Positions 45,694 to 58,197 of a stretch of 64,000 nt of DNA are shown one piece after another (position 1 is the stretch's first letter; each line of letters begins with the position of its first letter). Both the position numbers and the translations under genes were made by a program. Origin of the DNA: Macrostomum lignano (Eukaryota); the NCBI GenBank assembly GCA_002269645.1, contig NIVC01002059.1:219322-283321 (forward strand). Reading direction: 5' to 3'. Below the pieces are notes generated by a model. The model was not told the DNA's origin. It saw only the letters and a program-made list of their open reading frames with translations, and searched no databases.

Positions 45694-47660
45694 TTTGATG
45701 AAGACTGCCTAGTCCTGACTCCTAACGACTCCCATGTGTATGAGGTCATTGCAGGCGTAGGCAAACTTTTTAAAAAATAGTGTTGGGATTTGAACGACAT
45801 TCAAGAGTAACGTAAGTACTAAATAATAATGTTAAAATTTCTATAAATTTTTTTCTTGACTTACTTGTTAAACATCTTGATGCCTCAGAAAAGCTAATGT
45901 GGTATATAGTTTGATTTTTTGAACCTCATTCATTTACTATTAATTAAATCGTATACCTTTCTAGGAAACAATTGACATGACATCATCGATGACTGACTGC
46001 ACTGATTGAATGATGACTTAGCTGTATAAGAGTTCTTTACTCGGGAACTATACTATTCGTCTGCCAGCGTACTTAAAACCTGAAAGTTTAAAAATCATAA
46101 AATGTATTATAAACTCATATAATTTATTGTTGTAAAATTATACTATAGTATAAAATTTCAGCCAATTAGGCCTATATTATTTTTTAAAAGTTAAAAACAA
46201 TAAAAAACTGAATTTGTATAAAGATAAAACGATAAGTATATATATAGGCCTAACTTTCCTTTAAGCCTCTATGCCTTTGTCAAGTGGTTCTACAGCTTTA
46301 CTAGGCCTATCAGCTATCACTTACTAACACAATATGTTTTTATACAATATTTTTCTTAAGATATTGTAAATATATAGCCTATGCACTTATTCTATACGCA
46401 TGGAGGAGCATAGCCAAGGCACAAAGGCCAGGGGGGACACTGGGGACATATGTGCCCATCAGTCCATTCATATCTAGGTAAACTTGTTAACAATTATTTG
46501 TCAATTGTGATTATTTTACTATGATTGCATAGCTTATAACTAATATGCAATACCAAAATACTTGGCACAAAAAAGCACAAGCATCAAAAAGCATATATAG
46601 ATACCGAATTTATAGGTGCTTGCTATAATATCTATAGGAAGAAATGGCAATGCCATTAGGCCTAGCTAGCAATAGAAAAGGTTGATGCTATAATAACTGC
46701 TTTAATTTTTTTGGCTAAACTTTAGGACCCTTTTTTAAATATATTTATAAAGTGGAAATTGTAGCTAGATAATAATTGGTATCAGGCATGTAGCCAGGAA
46801 TCAGGATATAGGCCTATGTCAGGGGGGGTGGGCATTCTTAAAGTCTGCCACATATATTAGTTCTTTGATTGCTTATAGTTTATGGTCTTATAATTTAAAG
46901 GTAAAAAGCAATAGCACTTTAGTACCTTTATTGCTGCCAATGAATATATAAATTATAAATTCCTATTAACTAATAAAATGCTATGGTTTGCCAAAGCTAA
47001 AATTTAAATATATGCTAAAAAGCATTTGTAGTAAGGATTAGTTTGTCTAATAGAGCTAAGATTAATATCTTCAAAAAACTTTGGCTACAATAGACTTACT
47101 TTACTTTTAACATCTATATATCCATTCTAAAATATCCATTCTAACCTTAGCCTTTTTTAATTATCTTATATCATTTCATAATCATTACATTACTATATAA
47201 GGTTAATTTACATTAGCCATTTTTAGATAGGCTTTGATTTGATAGGCTATGACCAATCTTTTAATTTATATGAACTCTGAATTATTTTCCCAGATTTGAA
47301 TAGCAATACTTAACTCTAGCTTGTTTTACATATAATAAGTAAAAATTGATAAGAGTGCTTCTAACTTTCTAAGTAGAAGTTGAAAACTTGGGATGAAAAA
47401 CAATACCTCCAAACAAAATTTCTAGTTATTCCCCTGCCTATTAAGTATTTTGTGACATTCCAGCCCTAAATATATTAAGTAATTATATACTGAGTGGGCT
47501 ATAGCTTGTTTAAGTAGTACATTACTTGTACCTCTGAAACTGGTAGCCTATCTTCACTACTCAACACAAAACACTGTGTGTTAAGAAAATTGTATTGTAA
47601 AACTAAAGTTCTCACACCACAATTCCATGGTATTTTAGAGCTTGTGCATAAAATTGGCTG

Positions 47661-47785
47661 TTGTGCAAATCACACCTATGAAGGCCAACCCCCAAGGCGC
47701 AGAGAGTGTACATGCCTGACGATTTGAAAGTCAGGGCCACTGGGCATTGTCAGCGTGACTATATTCGTGTATGTGCTCAGGAGCT
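47661..47785 (+). mobile_element. SINE body fragment (copy 3)
   Basis: GTGCAAATCACACCTATGAAGGCCAACCCCCAAGGCGCAGAGAGTGTACATGCCTGAC..GTCAGGGCC matches copies 1 and 2. Confidence 0.7.
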
Positions 47786-47887
47786 AGTGGGATGGGTAGA
47801 ATTTCCTCAGCCACCTCAGTATCCTGCGATTATTGTTGTTAAAAGTGCAAATTTACCATACAAAATCCCACAGCGATCTGTAAAACA

Positions 47888-49463
47888 ATGCTTGAATGCC
47901 TGTGGCGAGGTTGCCCAGTCGGTTGTGTGCAATCCGACTTGGCCAATCACGTGATGTCGCACGCGGCCAAATTGGAATCAGGCGACAGTTTGGCCTGCCA
48001 GTGGCGCGGCTGCAAGCGCTCGGAAAAGCCGTTCCTGTATCGCTACCAGCTGCAGCAGCACGCAGCTCTGCACGCAAATGAGTTGCAACATGCCTGCGTG
48101 CACTGCGGCAAGCGTTTTAACACCGAGGCTTACCTACGCCGGCATCTGGAATCTCATCAGCTACCAGAGGAGCGGCGCCACGCCTGCTCAGTCTGCGGCA
48201 AACGATTTGCCCATTCGGCTGACAAGAGTCGCTGCGAGCGCGGCCACCGGGGCCAGCTGCACAACTGCCGGCACTGCGGCAAAGCTTTCAAAGATCCCGG
48301 AAATTTGCGCAAGCATCGGAAGCGCTGGCATGCGGACGAGCCGCTTGATGGTAAAATTTTGATTGTACACAAGTTTTAAAGCGTGGATGGACATTATAGT
48401 TGAAACTCTGAACGTGTTGAAGATTCTAAAGAATCAGTCATGTGTCTGCATTCGGACAGAGCAGAACAAATTTTAGCACTAAGATGCCTGGGCTCGATTT
48501 CGTGTGCGGCGAAGTTTCGTACTTGGCTTGGGGTTTTGGTCGTACGATTCATGCCTGTGAAGGTCAGCCCGAAGCAAGGGGAAAACGGCGATTGTCTCAA
48601 GCAATTTGACTGACTGACAATTTGCAGGGGCGTCGCCATGGATTTTACGGTGGGGGGGACAAAGCCAAGAATTTTACATGTACATGACTAAATTCCTACA
48701 TGCACATTATTTTGAGAATCGGTGTTGTCAGCGCTCATTTTGGCGTCGCAGGCACTCATTTTGGCGCTGCAGGCACTCATTTTGGCGCCGCAGGCACTCA
48801 TTTTAGCGCCACAGGCACTCATTTTGGCGCCACAGGCACTCATTTTGGCGCCACAGGCACTCATTTTAGCGCCACAGCCACTCATTTTAGCGCCACAGGC
48901 ACTCATTTTGCATGACAGGGCAGTGTGGCAACTGTGGAGATAGACAATGTATTACAAGATAAAAATTAATATTCATTCTTTTCCTCTGTCCTTTCTCAGC
49001 CACCAGCGGCGGTTCAGCCGCAACCAATGCGACATCTCCGTCTGTAACTGCGGTGGCAACAGCAGCAGCAGAAACAGCAGCTGCTGCCACACCCCTGCGC
49101 CTGGCTCCGAGCCAGTCTGCTCCAACTGCGCAGCCGCCGCCTCCACCGCCAGCGCAGCACCCGCCTCCACCCCACACAGCCGTGTATTCCTCTTGCGTCC
49201 TACCACCGATCTCCTCGTTCACTTTGAGCAAGGACGGCGCCCTAGATCTTACATTGGGCATACAGGACGGCTTTAATTTGGTCGATGGCACCTACCTTGC
49301 CGGCGAGCGAGCTCAGCCAGTGTGCGGCGCTCTCGATCTCACTCAATCTGCTCATTGCGACGCCTCGTTATGCTACGATTTTGATCAGCTCTGCCCGGAC
49401 CTGGAGACCGGGCCCGGCCGGCCTGTTGACCTTAGCTTGCCTAGGCTTGAGTACTATTCCTAA
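47888..49463 (+). CDS. C2H2 zinc-finger protein (5 fingers, tandem CWCH2-type first pair), 308 aa, 2 exons
   Basis: Exon 47888-48350 (..ADEPLD G|gtaaa) and exon 49000-49463 (tctcag|CC) are in frame. CLWRGC..H..H and CQWRGC..H..H are followed by three CGKxF fingers and an Ala/Pro-rich C-terminus. Confidence 0.9.
48625..48910. mobile_element. Partial second copy of the CAGGGGCGTCGCC element with its 21-bp array, in the zinc-finger intron
   Basis: Reverse-complement match to 20385-20472 plus ~8 units of GCACTCATTTTGGCGCCACAG. Confidence 0.8.
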
Positions 49464-49552
49464 ACTAAGGTTTTTCGTCTAAATTATTGTGCCGTTTCTT
49501 GCATCCTGGCTCCAAAACCTGGGTGCAGAGTCGAAAATCAGGTTGCCACACT

Positions 49553-50386
49553 GAGACGGTAGCGGGTCTCCTACCAATTAACCCACCGAGAGGGTAGCGG
49601 GTCTCCTACCAATTAACCCACCGAGAGGGTAGCGGGTCTCCTACCAATTAACCCACCGAGAGGGTAGCGGGTCTCCTACCAATTAACCCACCGAGAGGGT
49701 AGCGGGTCTCCTACCAATTAACCCACCGAGAGGGTAGCGGGTCTCCTACCAATTAACCCACCGAGAGGGTAGCGGGTCTCCTACCAATTAACCCACCGAG
49801 AGGGTAGCGGGTCTCCTACCAATTAACCCACCGAGAGGGTAGCGGGTCTCCTACCAATTAACCCACCGAGAGGGTAGCGGGTCTTCTACCAACCCACCGA
49901 GAGGGTAGCGGGTCTCCTACCAACCCACCGAGAGGGTAGCGGGTCTCCTACCAACCCACCGAGAGGGTAGCGGGTCTCCTACTAACCCACCGAGAGGGTA
50001 GCGGGTCTCCTACCAACCCACCGAGAGGGTAGCGGGTCTCCTACCAACCCACCGAGAGGGTAGCGGGTCTCCTACCAACCCACCGAGAGGGTAGCGGGTC
50101 TCCTACCAATTAACCCACCGAGAGGGTTGCGGGTCTCCTACCAACCCACCGAGAAGGTAGCGGGTCTCCTACCAACCCACCGAGAGGGAAGCGGGTCTCC
50201 TACCAACCCACCGAGAGGGTAGCGGGTCTCCTACTAACCCACCGAGAGGGTAGCGGGTCTCCTACCAACCCACCGAGAGGGTAGCGGGTCTCCTACCAAC
50301 CCACCGAGAGGGTAGCGGGTCTCCTACCAACCCACCGAGAGGGTAGCGGGTCTCCTACCAATTAACCCACCGAGAGGGTAGCGGGT
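49553..50386. repeat. 35/30-bp minisatellite with an internal hairpin
   Basis: Unit GAGAGGGTAGCGGGTCTCCTACC(AATTA)ACCCACC. The first ~9 units are 35 bp and most later ones 30 bp. GGTAG/CTACC can pair in each unit. Confidence 0.96.
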
Positions 50387-52493
50387 GTCCCATCAGTTAG
50401 ACGAGAGTCTCGTCTAACTAAAGACGGTTAGACGACACCGTCTCGTCTAACTAACTGAAGTCTTTCTCGTTGCATGTTCTGCTTTTTCTGTTGGTAGCTC
50501 GCATAATTGTTCCTGTTTACAAACATTACACTTAATTAATCGAGACCTCATCATTGTTACTAATTGAATTATAAATTCTTCCATTTTGCTTCGCCAATGC
50601 ACTTGTTCTGTAAGAAGGCTCGTATTTAAAATCGTTAATAAAATAGTGTTTTTTGTTTGTATGGGTTCATTTGATAATAAATACATCTAAAGCTCGCTTT
50701 CACATACTCGTAATTGAAGACAGTAAACGTTATAAGCTCGAAACCTCACATCGTAGATCGTGTCGTAGAAAACTACAATTGTATGTCCCTTTCACGAGCT
50801 CGAAATTTCATATAATCGAAGGGTCTTGCTTTTTACTGTTTTACAGACAAAAGCAAGACGACTACAATGGTGCAGTGGAGGTGTGGACAGGCGCCTATTT
50901 AACATAATCCCCTGATCATAAGATAACTAATTAGAAGGTATAGGAGTGTAACAACGAGTTGGACCCGTCACGTGACCACTCATCCGTGCATCAGGCATTT
51001 AAGTGGCTTCAAAATGACCTCGGTTCTATAGCCGGAAGCAAAGAACTGGCTTCAGTTGCGTCGGCAATATGCTTTGATGGGAGCTTCTAATCGAGCTGCT
51101 TTGTCCTTTTGAGCGAAGCTGTACCAGAAGACCATGCCCAGCTTGTCGCGTCCACTTCTGGTCGCCATCCGCTTGATTGTACGGTGGTTTCCTTCGGCTA
51201 TCCCAACTATTCCACAATTTCCACTGCCTCAAATTGCTGGGCGGTGGGCACACCGAAAGACGATTTGCACTCCCTATCCGTTGCACAAAAAAGCAGCCAA
51301 CTCAGCGTCACGGAACGTTGGAAGATTCAATTAACAATCAATGAGAAGATACAACTTCATACATATTTTTGCATTTCGGTATTTATTAAAACTTGTTGAG
51401 GCTTTTCCAGGTTGCTACGTAAATACCTTAAAGGATGACATGCAATTGCTCGTCGTCACTATTGAAAATTTTTTATAGTAAAGCAATTAAAAACACTGTT
51501 AGAACGAAAAAAATGAACATAGGTCGCGTGCGTGACCTCAAACCGGTCTAATTAACCATGCAGCTGTCACGTATTGCTCTCCTAATTGACCAATAGCTGT
51601 CTGATCGGACACTATAATCCCCTTTCCAGACAGACATAGAATTAATTTATACAAGGCGGATATACATGTAATAATAGGTGGGGAACAAAAAAGTGCCAAA
51701 GCTGTTTGCACTATAGACAAAGTTTGCAACTTAAGGTGGGGGGAGGGGCGTTTCACATGCTCGAAACTTTACATCCTTGAAGTCTTTGCTAGCCACTCCT
51801 GCTGGCTCACCACTTGAAGAATTCGATTACGCAAAATTTTTGAGGTTATGAGGTTCTGCTTTAGTAAAAGTAACTCTCGTGAATGCATGGTTTCGATCAA
51901 AGTCAATCAATATACAAAATAATTCATTTTGCTTATTGCTTATCAAGCGCGTACTTTACGTAGCTTTGTGCATATATGCATCCATGGGAAGTGGACCCGA
52001 CATCCTCGACATGACCTTCTGGCACAACAGGGCCCCCAGGGATGGTCTCAGTGTGCTGCATCCGACATCAACTTGAGCAACATCACTTTGACGTAGGAGA
52101 CCCTATAACTGGCTAGACAGCTTTTCCGAGAGCGGTTGGTCGAGAGCTGCGAGCGTTGCAAGTCGATTGATCCAGCATCCGTAAGCTGGGACCATGGCAG
52201 CCACAAGGTAGATTCGAATTGTTGGCGTCCGCGCATAGCTTGCGACGCGAAAATACATTTTAAGAACGACCGCTGTCTCTCCATCATCGAATGCGGTCCG
52301 AACAGAGTCGCATATTTGTGGCGAAAACTGCCAGACGAGCGAACAGCGTAAATTGCACTCCTGCAGATGTTTAGAGAACATACGAGCCCTTCCTTGGCAA
52401 CTGCTACTCGACAATTCCCCCATTATATACTCATTTAAAACATTTTACTACTTTATACGAGTAGATTGTTTCTTGCAGTGAAATTGTTCTTAA

Positions 52494-53074
52494 CAGTAGA
52501 AAGACCACGCTATTTTTCCCCATGGGGAAAGACCATGGGGGGTGTATTACAAATACACACAACCAATTTCACCATAGCTCGCAAACCGAATAACCGATTT
52601 TCGTAAAAGTCCACCATTTGAATCAAAATTTCCCCCTCTTTCCAACGAATTAACTTTCAAAGTCATCCGACGTCAGCATCGTCGAGATATTCAACGATTC
52701 TTGTGGAAGACACTGGTGGCAAGGACAACCAACACTACACTGTATAAACCCTTATGGTGAATCCATATTGGCTCAATAATCTGGGTCCATTTCATATGCA
52801 TAGTTTCCTGAGCCGACGTGGTTTCATGATGAGATTTTGTGAACAGAAAAAATTTGCCAATGTTGGTGGTTTTTGCCACCGGACACCCCGAGGAGAATCG
52901 TTGAATATCTCGACGATGCCGATTTTTCGTGATTCTCGGAGTTGCTTCATCAAATTGAGCGGAAAATTTTAGCCCGTGTTCTGGATTTTGATGGCAATTG
53001 GTTGAATATTTTCGGAGATCCAGACAAAAGAAAAATGTGTGTATTTGAAATACACCCCCATGGTCTTTCTACTG
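52494..53074. mobile_element. MITE with TTAA TSD and long imperfect TIRs (581 bp)
   Basis: TTAA|CAGTAGAAAGACCA..TGGGGGTGTATT / AATACACCCCCATGGTCTTTCTACTG|TTAA. An inner inverted segment CATCGTCGAGATATTCAACGATTCT / AGAATCGTTGAATATCTCGACGATG is also present. Confidence 0.82.
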
Positions 53075-54267
53075 TTAAGCAAATTACGCTGTATGGGAAA
53101 TACGTCACTTGAGAAATTCTCTGCTAGCTTCGGTTGAAGAACTGTTCCATGACTCATTTTGTGAGCTGAAGTTTTTAAGCTCGTATGCACCCTCCTTCCA
53201 GACTGAAGCAACTTTTCAAGCTGTCTTTGCCACGTAGATTTTGACGTATAGCTAGCATCGTTTTACTAGCAGCGTTGCACTTGTACCATTGATTTGATCA
53301 TGAGCTCACTGAATCTGATTTGGAGACCGGCAACGCGACTGAGTCCTAAATTATTCTAGAATGTTCATTCTTGTTCTATAAAGAAAGCCAAACAAACAAA
53401 GCTAATTAGCGAATTGCTATCATCTTGAGCTGTCCAGCATTCTTGTGTCTTCTGTTTTCAAATGCTGCGTTTAATTAGTCACTAGTAGGACAAGGAACAA
53501 ACAGATACCGTACAACCGCTGATTCAAAGTCCCGTCCCAGATTAATCCGCTTGTCAAACATAAAGTACATGCATGTACGCTCTCACAGCAGTGCATTACT
53601 TCTTGCCACACTTTGTTGCCACATTTTAATGTAGCATACAGTGCCCATATAGTGACGTTCGTTGAAGCTTAATTTGGGAATGAAGCATGAGTATTGGCTG
53701 GATTTTGCTAACCATGGCCGCTGCTTTTCAGAAAGTGCAACTCGCAGGACCGCGAGCAGTTGATGATGCTACTCGCTTCCCGCCTGGTCCGTCCTTCGAT
53801 CGCAATTCCCCCTCTCTAAGCCTCGCACTCGCATTGCTGACTGGAGCGGGCTAGCAAAGAGTTTGAATGTACGGCTATGTAGCTAGAGGGACAGTTGAGT
53901 CCGGGCGGGAAAGGAACTGAGGAGAACAGAAAGTGGATCCCTGCACTGAGTACTCGATACCTCTGCTGGGAAGAGTTGGAAGCAAGGGAGAAGAAGCTGC
54001 TGGTTAGAAAAAAGAGACGGAAGATCAGACTGGCTCGGGTAGGAGGGGATGGGACGGATGGTTGCTAGTAGCGACCGACGGATAGAACTGAGAAGGATAT
54101 TGCAAAGATGAATTTAGAGGAGCGACACCCTTCAACCCCTGCACGCCATCCCGACTCACTTTCTCTCGCTTCTCATTTCTCAGCTCGGTCACTTTTATTC
54201 AAATCTAATACTCGAGCGCAGAAACTATTCCACACAGCTTCACTACTGTTTCCCGTCTGCCTAAGGC

Positions 54268-56100
54268 ATGACACTAGTAAACTGTGCATCCGATGTCAGT
54301 GAAGACGAAGAAGGACGCCAGGTCACCGACCACCAGCAGCAGCAGCAGCAGACAGTTGGCTGCAGCTCAAGCTCGGCGCTGGACAACTGGCGTCATACAC
54401 ACGTCGTCACGAAGCTAGAGGCGATGGTACAGGCAATGCAACATCCTCAAACAGGTGTCACTTTTCGAGCCCAGAAGGCATTTCTGACCTCTGTGCCGGC
54501 GGCAGTTGCCGGTAGCGACCTCATCGCCTGGGTCCGACGATACACGGGAGCCGAGGAACCGACAGAGGCCAACCACATTGCCAGCCTCTTGGCAATCTAC
54601 GGCTACGTCTACCCTCTGAGCGATGATTATTCCTTGGCGGTGAGGGACGATCCATCGTGTCTGTACCGCTTTCAGTCGCCGTATTATTGGCTATCGATTT
54701 CCGGTCGACCTGACAATCTAGACTATGCTATTCACCTGGTCAAGCGCATGATTCGCAGCAAGCAGAAACCAGGCTTCGAGGACTTTGAAAAGTTGGCCCT
54801 GTCCAAGCTGCAAAAGTTGCTGGCCGATCGCTGGCAGTTTATCGCTCTGCAGGCCGAGGAGGAGCTGAAGCTGCTGCGGGAGCGCAAAAAGAATGACCGA
54901 ATGGTGTTAGAAATGCAGGAGCAGGCCTACTGGCGCGTGCACCGACCGCCTCCGGGCTACATTAACTCAGTTGATCACCCGGTACCGCGGCACTTCAGCC
55001 TCACCCAGACGCAGAATCGATTAGCCAAGCAGCGTCGCCGACGTCAGCACAAGGAGTCCCTAGTCAGCAGTCAGAATGCGCATCACAAGTCCGGTGAGAC
55101 CATCATTGCTTGCTACGAGATCTCCAAGGCATTTGATTGGTTCTTGCACACTCGGCCGGCGGCACCAGGGACAGCAGGGACGATGGCACAGCAACCAGCA
55201 AATGGCAGCAATTCAGCCGCAGGCACAGCTGGTGCTGGGCCTGCGGTCGACACGTCCTTTACTGAAGCCGATCACTCAGGAGGACCATCATCAGATAGCG
55301 CCGCTCTGACCAGCGGTCAGTCGCCCTGGGTTGGTGATGATGTGGCTGTGTTTCAGAACAGCCTGGGCTACGGAGAGAGTGGTCTGACACCAAAGCAGGT
55401 AAAAATGTGGTCAGCTTATTTTGACTTTCTCCTCCGTGATGCAGCTGGCCGGGAGTACTTTAAACAGTTTCTTACTAAGGAGTTCAGCTCGGAGAATCTC
55501 AGCTTTTGGCTAGCTGTGCAGGATTACAAGTTCGGTCCCAACGACCAGCTGAGATCGCGCATGACGCAAATTTTTGACGAGTTTCTTGCTCCGGGAGCGC
55601 CATCCGAGATCAACATCGATTCCAAGACCATGACAATTACTCAGAAGGGCATGCAGTCGCCCAACCGATTCTCCTTTGAAGAAGCCCAGGAGCACATCTA
55701 CCTGTTGATGAAGAAGGACAGCTACCAGCGCTTCCTGCGCTCCGACGATTACAAAACGCTGCTGCAGTCGGCAATTGAGCGCCACGCTATGAAAAAGCGC
55801 GGCGCCCTGTTTAACTTCGGCAAGAAGGCGGCACAGCCGACATCGTCATGCGCGGCGCACCCAACTGTGACAGCGTCAATCTCTCAGCGCGGCAAAGTGG
55901 AGACGCAGAGCAGTCTGGAGGCATCGAGTTCATCCGGAACTCGAGTGCTCAAGACGCGACCGGTGGATCAAGCTGGGCCGAGCGGCTGCGAACCAGTCGC
56001 GAACAAGGCGAGCGCGGGCGAGGTGGCGCCTTGGGAGACGGAGGCTGCGTCAGAGAAAAAGCCGGACAGCTCTACGGTGACGCCATGGGAGGACGGCTAG
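54268..56100 (+). CDS. RGS7: R7-family regulator of G-protein signalling (RGS6/7, EGL-10-like): DEP-DHEX-GGL-RGS, 610 aa, intronless CDS
   Basis: DEP (GSDLIAWV, YGYVYP), DHEX (YRFQSPYYW, DNLDYAIHLVKR, QEQAYWRVHRPPPG), a GGL-like segment and an RGS box (LLRDAAGREYFKQFLTKEFSSENLSFWLAV, EINID, YLLMKKDSYQRFLRSD). The symbol gives the nearest orthogroup, not a proven 1:1 orthologue. Confidence 0.93.
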   Translation: MTLVNCASDVSEDEEGRQVTDHQQQQQQTVGCSSSSALDNWRHTHVVTKLEAMVQAMQHPQTGVTFRAQKAFLTSVPAAVAGSDLIAWVRRYTGAEEPTEANHIASLLAIYGYVYPLSDDYSLAVRDDPSCLYRFQSPYYWLSISGRPDNLDYAIHLVKRMIRSKQKPGFEDFEKLALSKLQKLLADRWQFIALQAEEELKLLRERKKNDRMVLEMQEQAYWRVHRPPPGYINSVDHPVPRHFSLTQTQNRLAKQRRRRQHKESLVSSQNAHHKSGETIIACYEISKAFDWFLHTRPAAPGTAGTMAQQPANGSNSAAGTAGAGPAVDTSFTEADHSGGPSSDSAALTSGQSPWVGDDVAVFQNSLGYGESGLTPKQVKMWSAYFDFLLRDAAGREYFKQFLTKEFSSENLSFWLAVQDYKFGPNDQLRSRMTQIFDEFLAPGAPSEINIDSKTMTITQKGMQSPNRFSFEEAQEHIYLLMKKDSYQRFLRSDDYKTLLQSAIERHAMKKRGALFNFGKKAAQPTSSCAAHPTVTASISQRGKVETQSSLEASSSSGTRVLKTRPVDQAGPSGCEPVANKASAGEVAPWETEAASEKKPDSSTVTPWEDG

Positions 56101-57893
56101 ATTTAGAACTAGCTCTCACCTTCACATTTATTGAAGAAACTCTTAGAGTCGATCTGTTGTTTACTCTTAAGTTTGGAGAATGAACCGAAACTAAATTCAT
56201 GTCTCAAGCCGAATACCACATTCGCACTGTTTCGCCATCTTTATAAAATTCGTAGTTACATGCAGCAAATTCTTTGATCGCAGCACTAATCGTCATCGAA
56301 TTACGAGAAAATGCGCGAGTACTTTCGTAGGCGCAGCTCATGCTTTTAGCCTTAGCTACTTCAAATATTCTACATATTGCGCACTGTTGCACCTTGCTGA
56401 ACAAAGTATTTTATAAGCGAACACGTAACATTATACGCTCGTATGTGAATCTTTTTATTGTTACGCTCGTATTACACATGTATATGCAATGGGCACTTAA
56501 AACTGAGCACCTATTGCGCCTATAATCTGTTTATCTTTATCCTCAATTAAAAACGTGTTTGTTTTTCTGATATTTTTTGTAGTTTGTATACATGTAGGTT
56601 CTCTATGATCTTGCATGATCTCTTGTATCGAATTAATAGAAATGGGCTAAGAGCCTGACGTCCGAATGACATAGTCTTCAATTCTACTTGTTTTTGTTTC
56701 GGGGGGGGGGCTTTAAATCACGCGCCTAGAAGCGATCCGTCTTTAATGTACGTCAATCCGCCTGCTACATGTACATGAGGGTCTGGAGTTTGCGTGTCAC
56801 TCATTTAGGTACTATAGTTAAGGTGAACATAGCGAGCCGTACGCTTTTTTTGCTGGACCGCGGCGGGTGCCGAACGCCTTATCTAATTGCCGTGTGTCTC
56901 GTTGATCGAGCTGTCGCTTGTACAGTAGGGTGTTCTCCGCAAGATCTGCAACATGTGGCACCGCGTCAGTCAAGGTCACCGAGTGCAGCACGCCCGCACA
57001 GATCAAAAGGCATTCTGGCTCTTTCAATTACGTCCCTAGCGAGAATTTCGTCGCCCACATCCGGCACGAAACCATGTACATGTACCGAGATCATGTAGAC
57101 GAATAGATGGCAAGCTAAACGCGTGTGTAATTCGTTGTGCATTAAAAAATCCTCCGGATGATAAACTAGATATTCAAAGTTGATTGCATGGTTGTTGTGC
57201 TATGAGTTACATGTACTCCGAAAATACCTTACTTACGAAAAATAAACTTGGATGCAAACATCCACGAATTTGTTTTGGTATTTCTAGTATTTCTACTGTA
57301 ATTCCCGGCTCTAATAAACGTAAATGTATCTGCATGGAATTAAGCGCATCCCTATATAGATTCTATAATTAATTTTGCCAAGCTAAGTATTGTAGTTAAT
57401 TCCATTAAAATAGTTTTTCATGTGCCTGGCGATGGCATTTATTCACTTGTTGATGGAACGGAAAACGTGAGTTTTTTCTGGTTTACGGACCAACATTCTG
57501 ACCACAATTATACAAGCATGTACCTAATATCTACAGTGTAATTTCGTTATCTTCTCAAATCATGCTCTCCAACTGTATGTGCTAAGTTTATCTAGCTATG
57601 ATTATACCTTTCCACCCAAACTTTGACTCCTCTCCATGTCAGAATCGGAAATGACCTCCTTTCTTTCCGTTTAATTTAAACCAAAAGTAAAAAGTACATT
57701 ACACACCCACGAAAGTTAGCGTAGTTAAAATTCTGTTTTATTGCTGTCAATTTTTAAAAATATAAATTGTAGGCTAATTAAAGCCTCATAGTAAAAAAAT
57801 TTAATTAATGTATACACATAACAGCCTTCCTTGTTTTACGTTTATGGTCTACGATTTCAAATATATTTAATATTTAATTCTTGAACTAACTAT

Positions 57894-57901
57894 GCGGGAA
57901 A
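57894..57901 (-). promoter_or_regulatory. E2F site upstream of MCM6
   Basis: GCGGGAAA equals TTTCCCGC (TTTSSCGC consensus), ~300 bp before the MCM6 ATG. MCM genes are known E2F targets. Confidence 0.5.
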
Positions 57902-58197
57902 CGTAAAATATTCTTAGACTGCTGCTGAGAATACCCGAGAGTCGCGTCGCATACCTTGTCACGTCAGTCATTGAATTCATTAATTAATCAGCCAGCCCCC
58001 ATCGTCACCGCTCGGTCGGCACTTCCCTCTGCATTTTTAATCGATTCAAAGCAAAGGCTAGCTCATTAAATTCTACCCTGACTAGGCCTACCTAATTTGT
58101 ATTCTAAACTCATCCCGACATCCAAAAATTGAGGATAGGCCTAGTTAGCTAGCTACTAAATTAAAAAAAACACGTTTGTAAACAACAATTATTGAAA

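Noticed and set aside
47714-47735. CTGACGA-TTT-GAAA in SINE copy 3 as a hammerhead core
   Set aside because: There is no room for stem II, the bases are paired in the CCTGAC/GTCAGG hairpin, and GAAA is absent from the other copies.
51950-52423. QICDSVRTAFDDGETAVVLKMYFRVA as a LINE RT remnant
   Set aside because: Only a loose resemblance to the xALDxGxxxxxxFLDFxKAFD motif. The downstream PQG and YADD motifs are not recoverable.
56900-56908. In-frame TGA as selenocysteine
   Set aside because: No recognisable selenoprotein motif and no SECIS identified.
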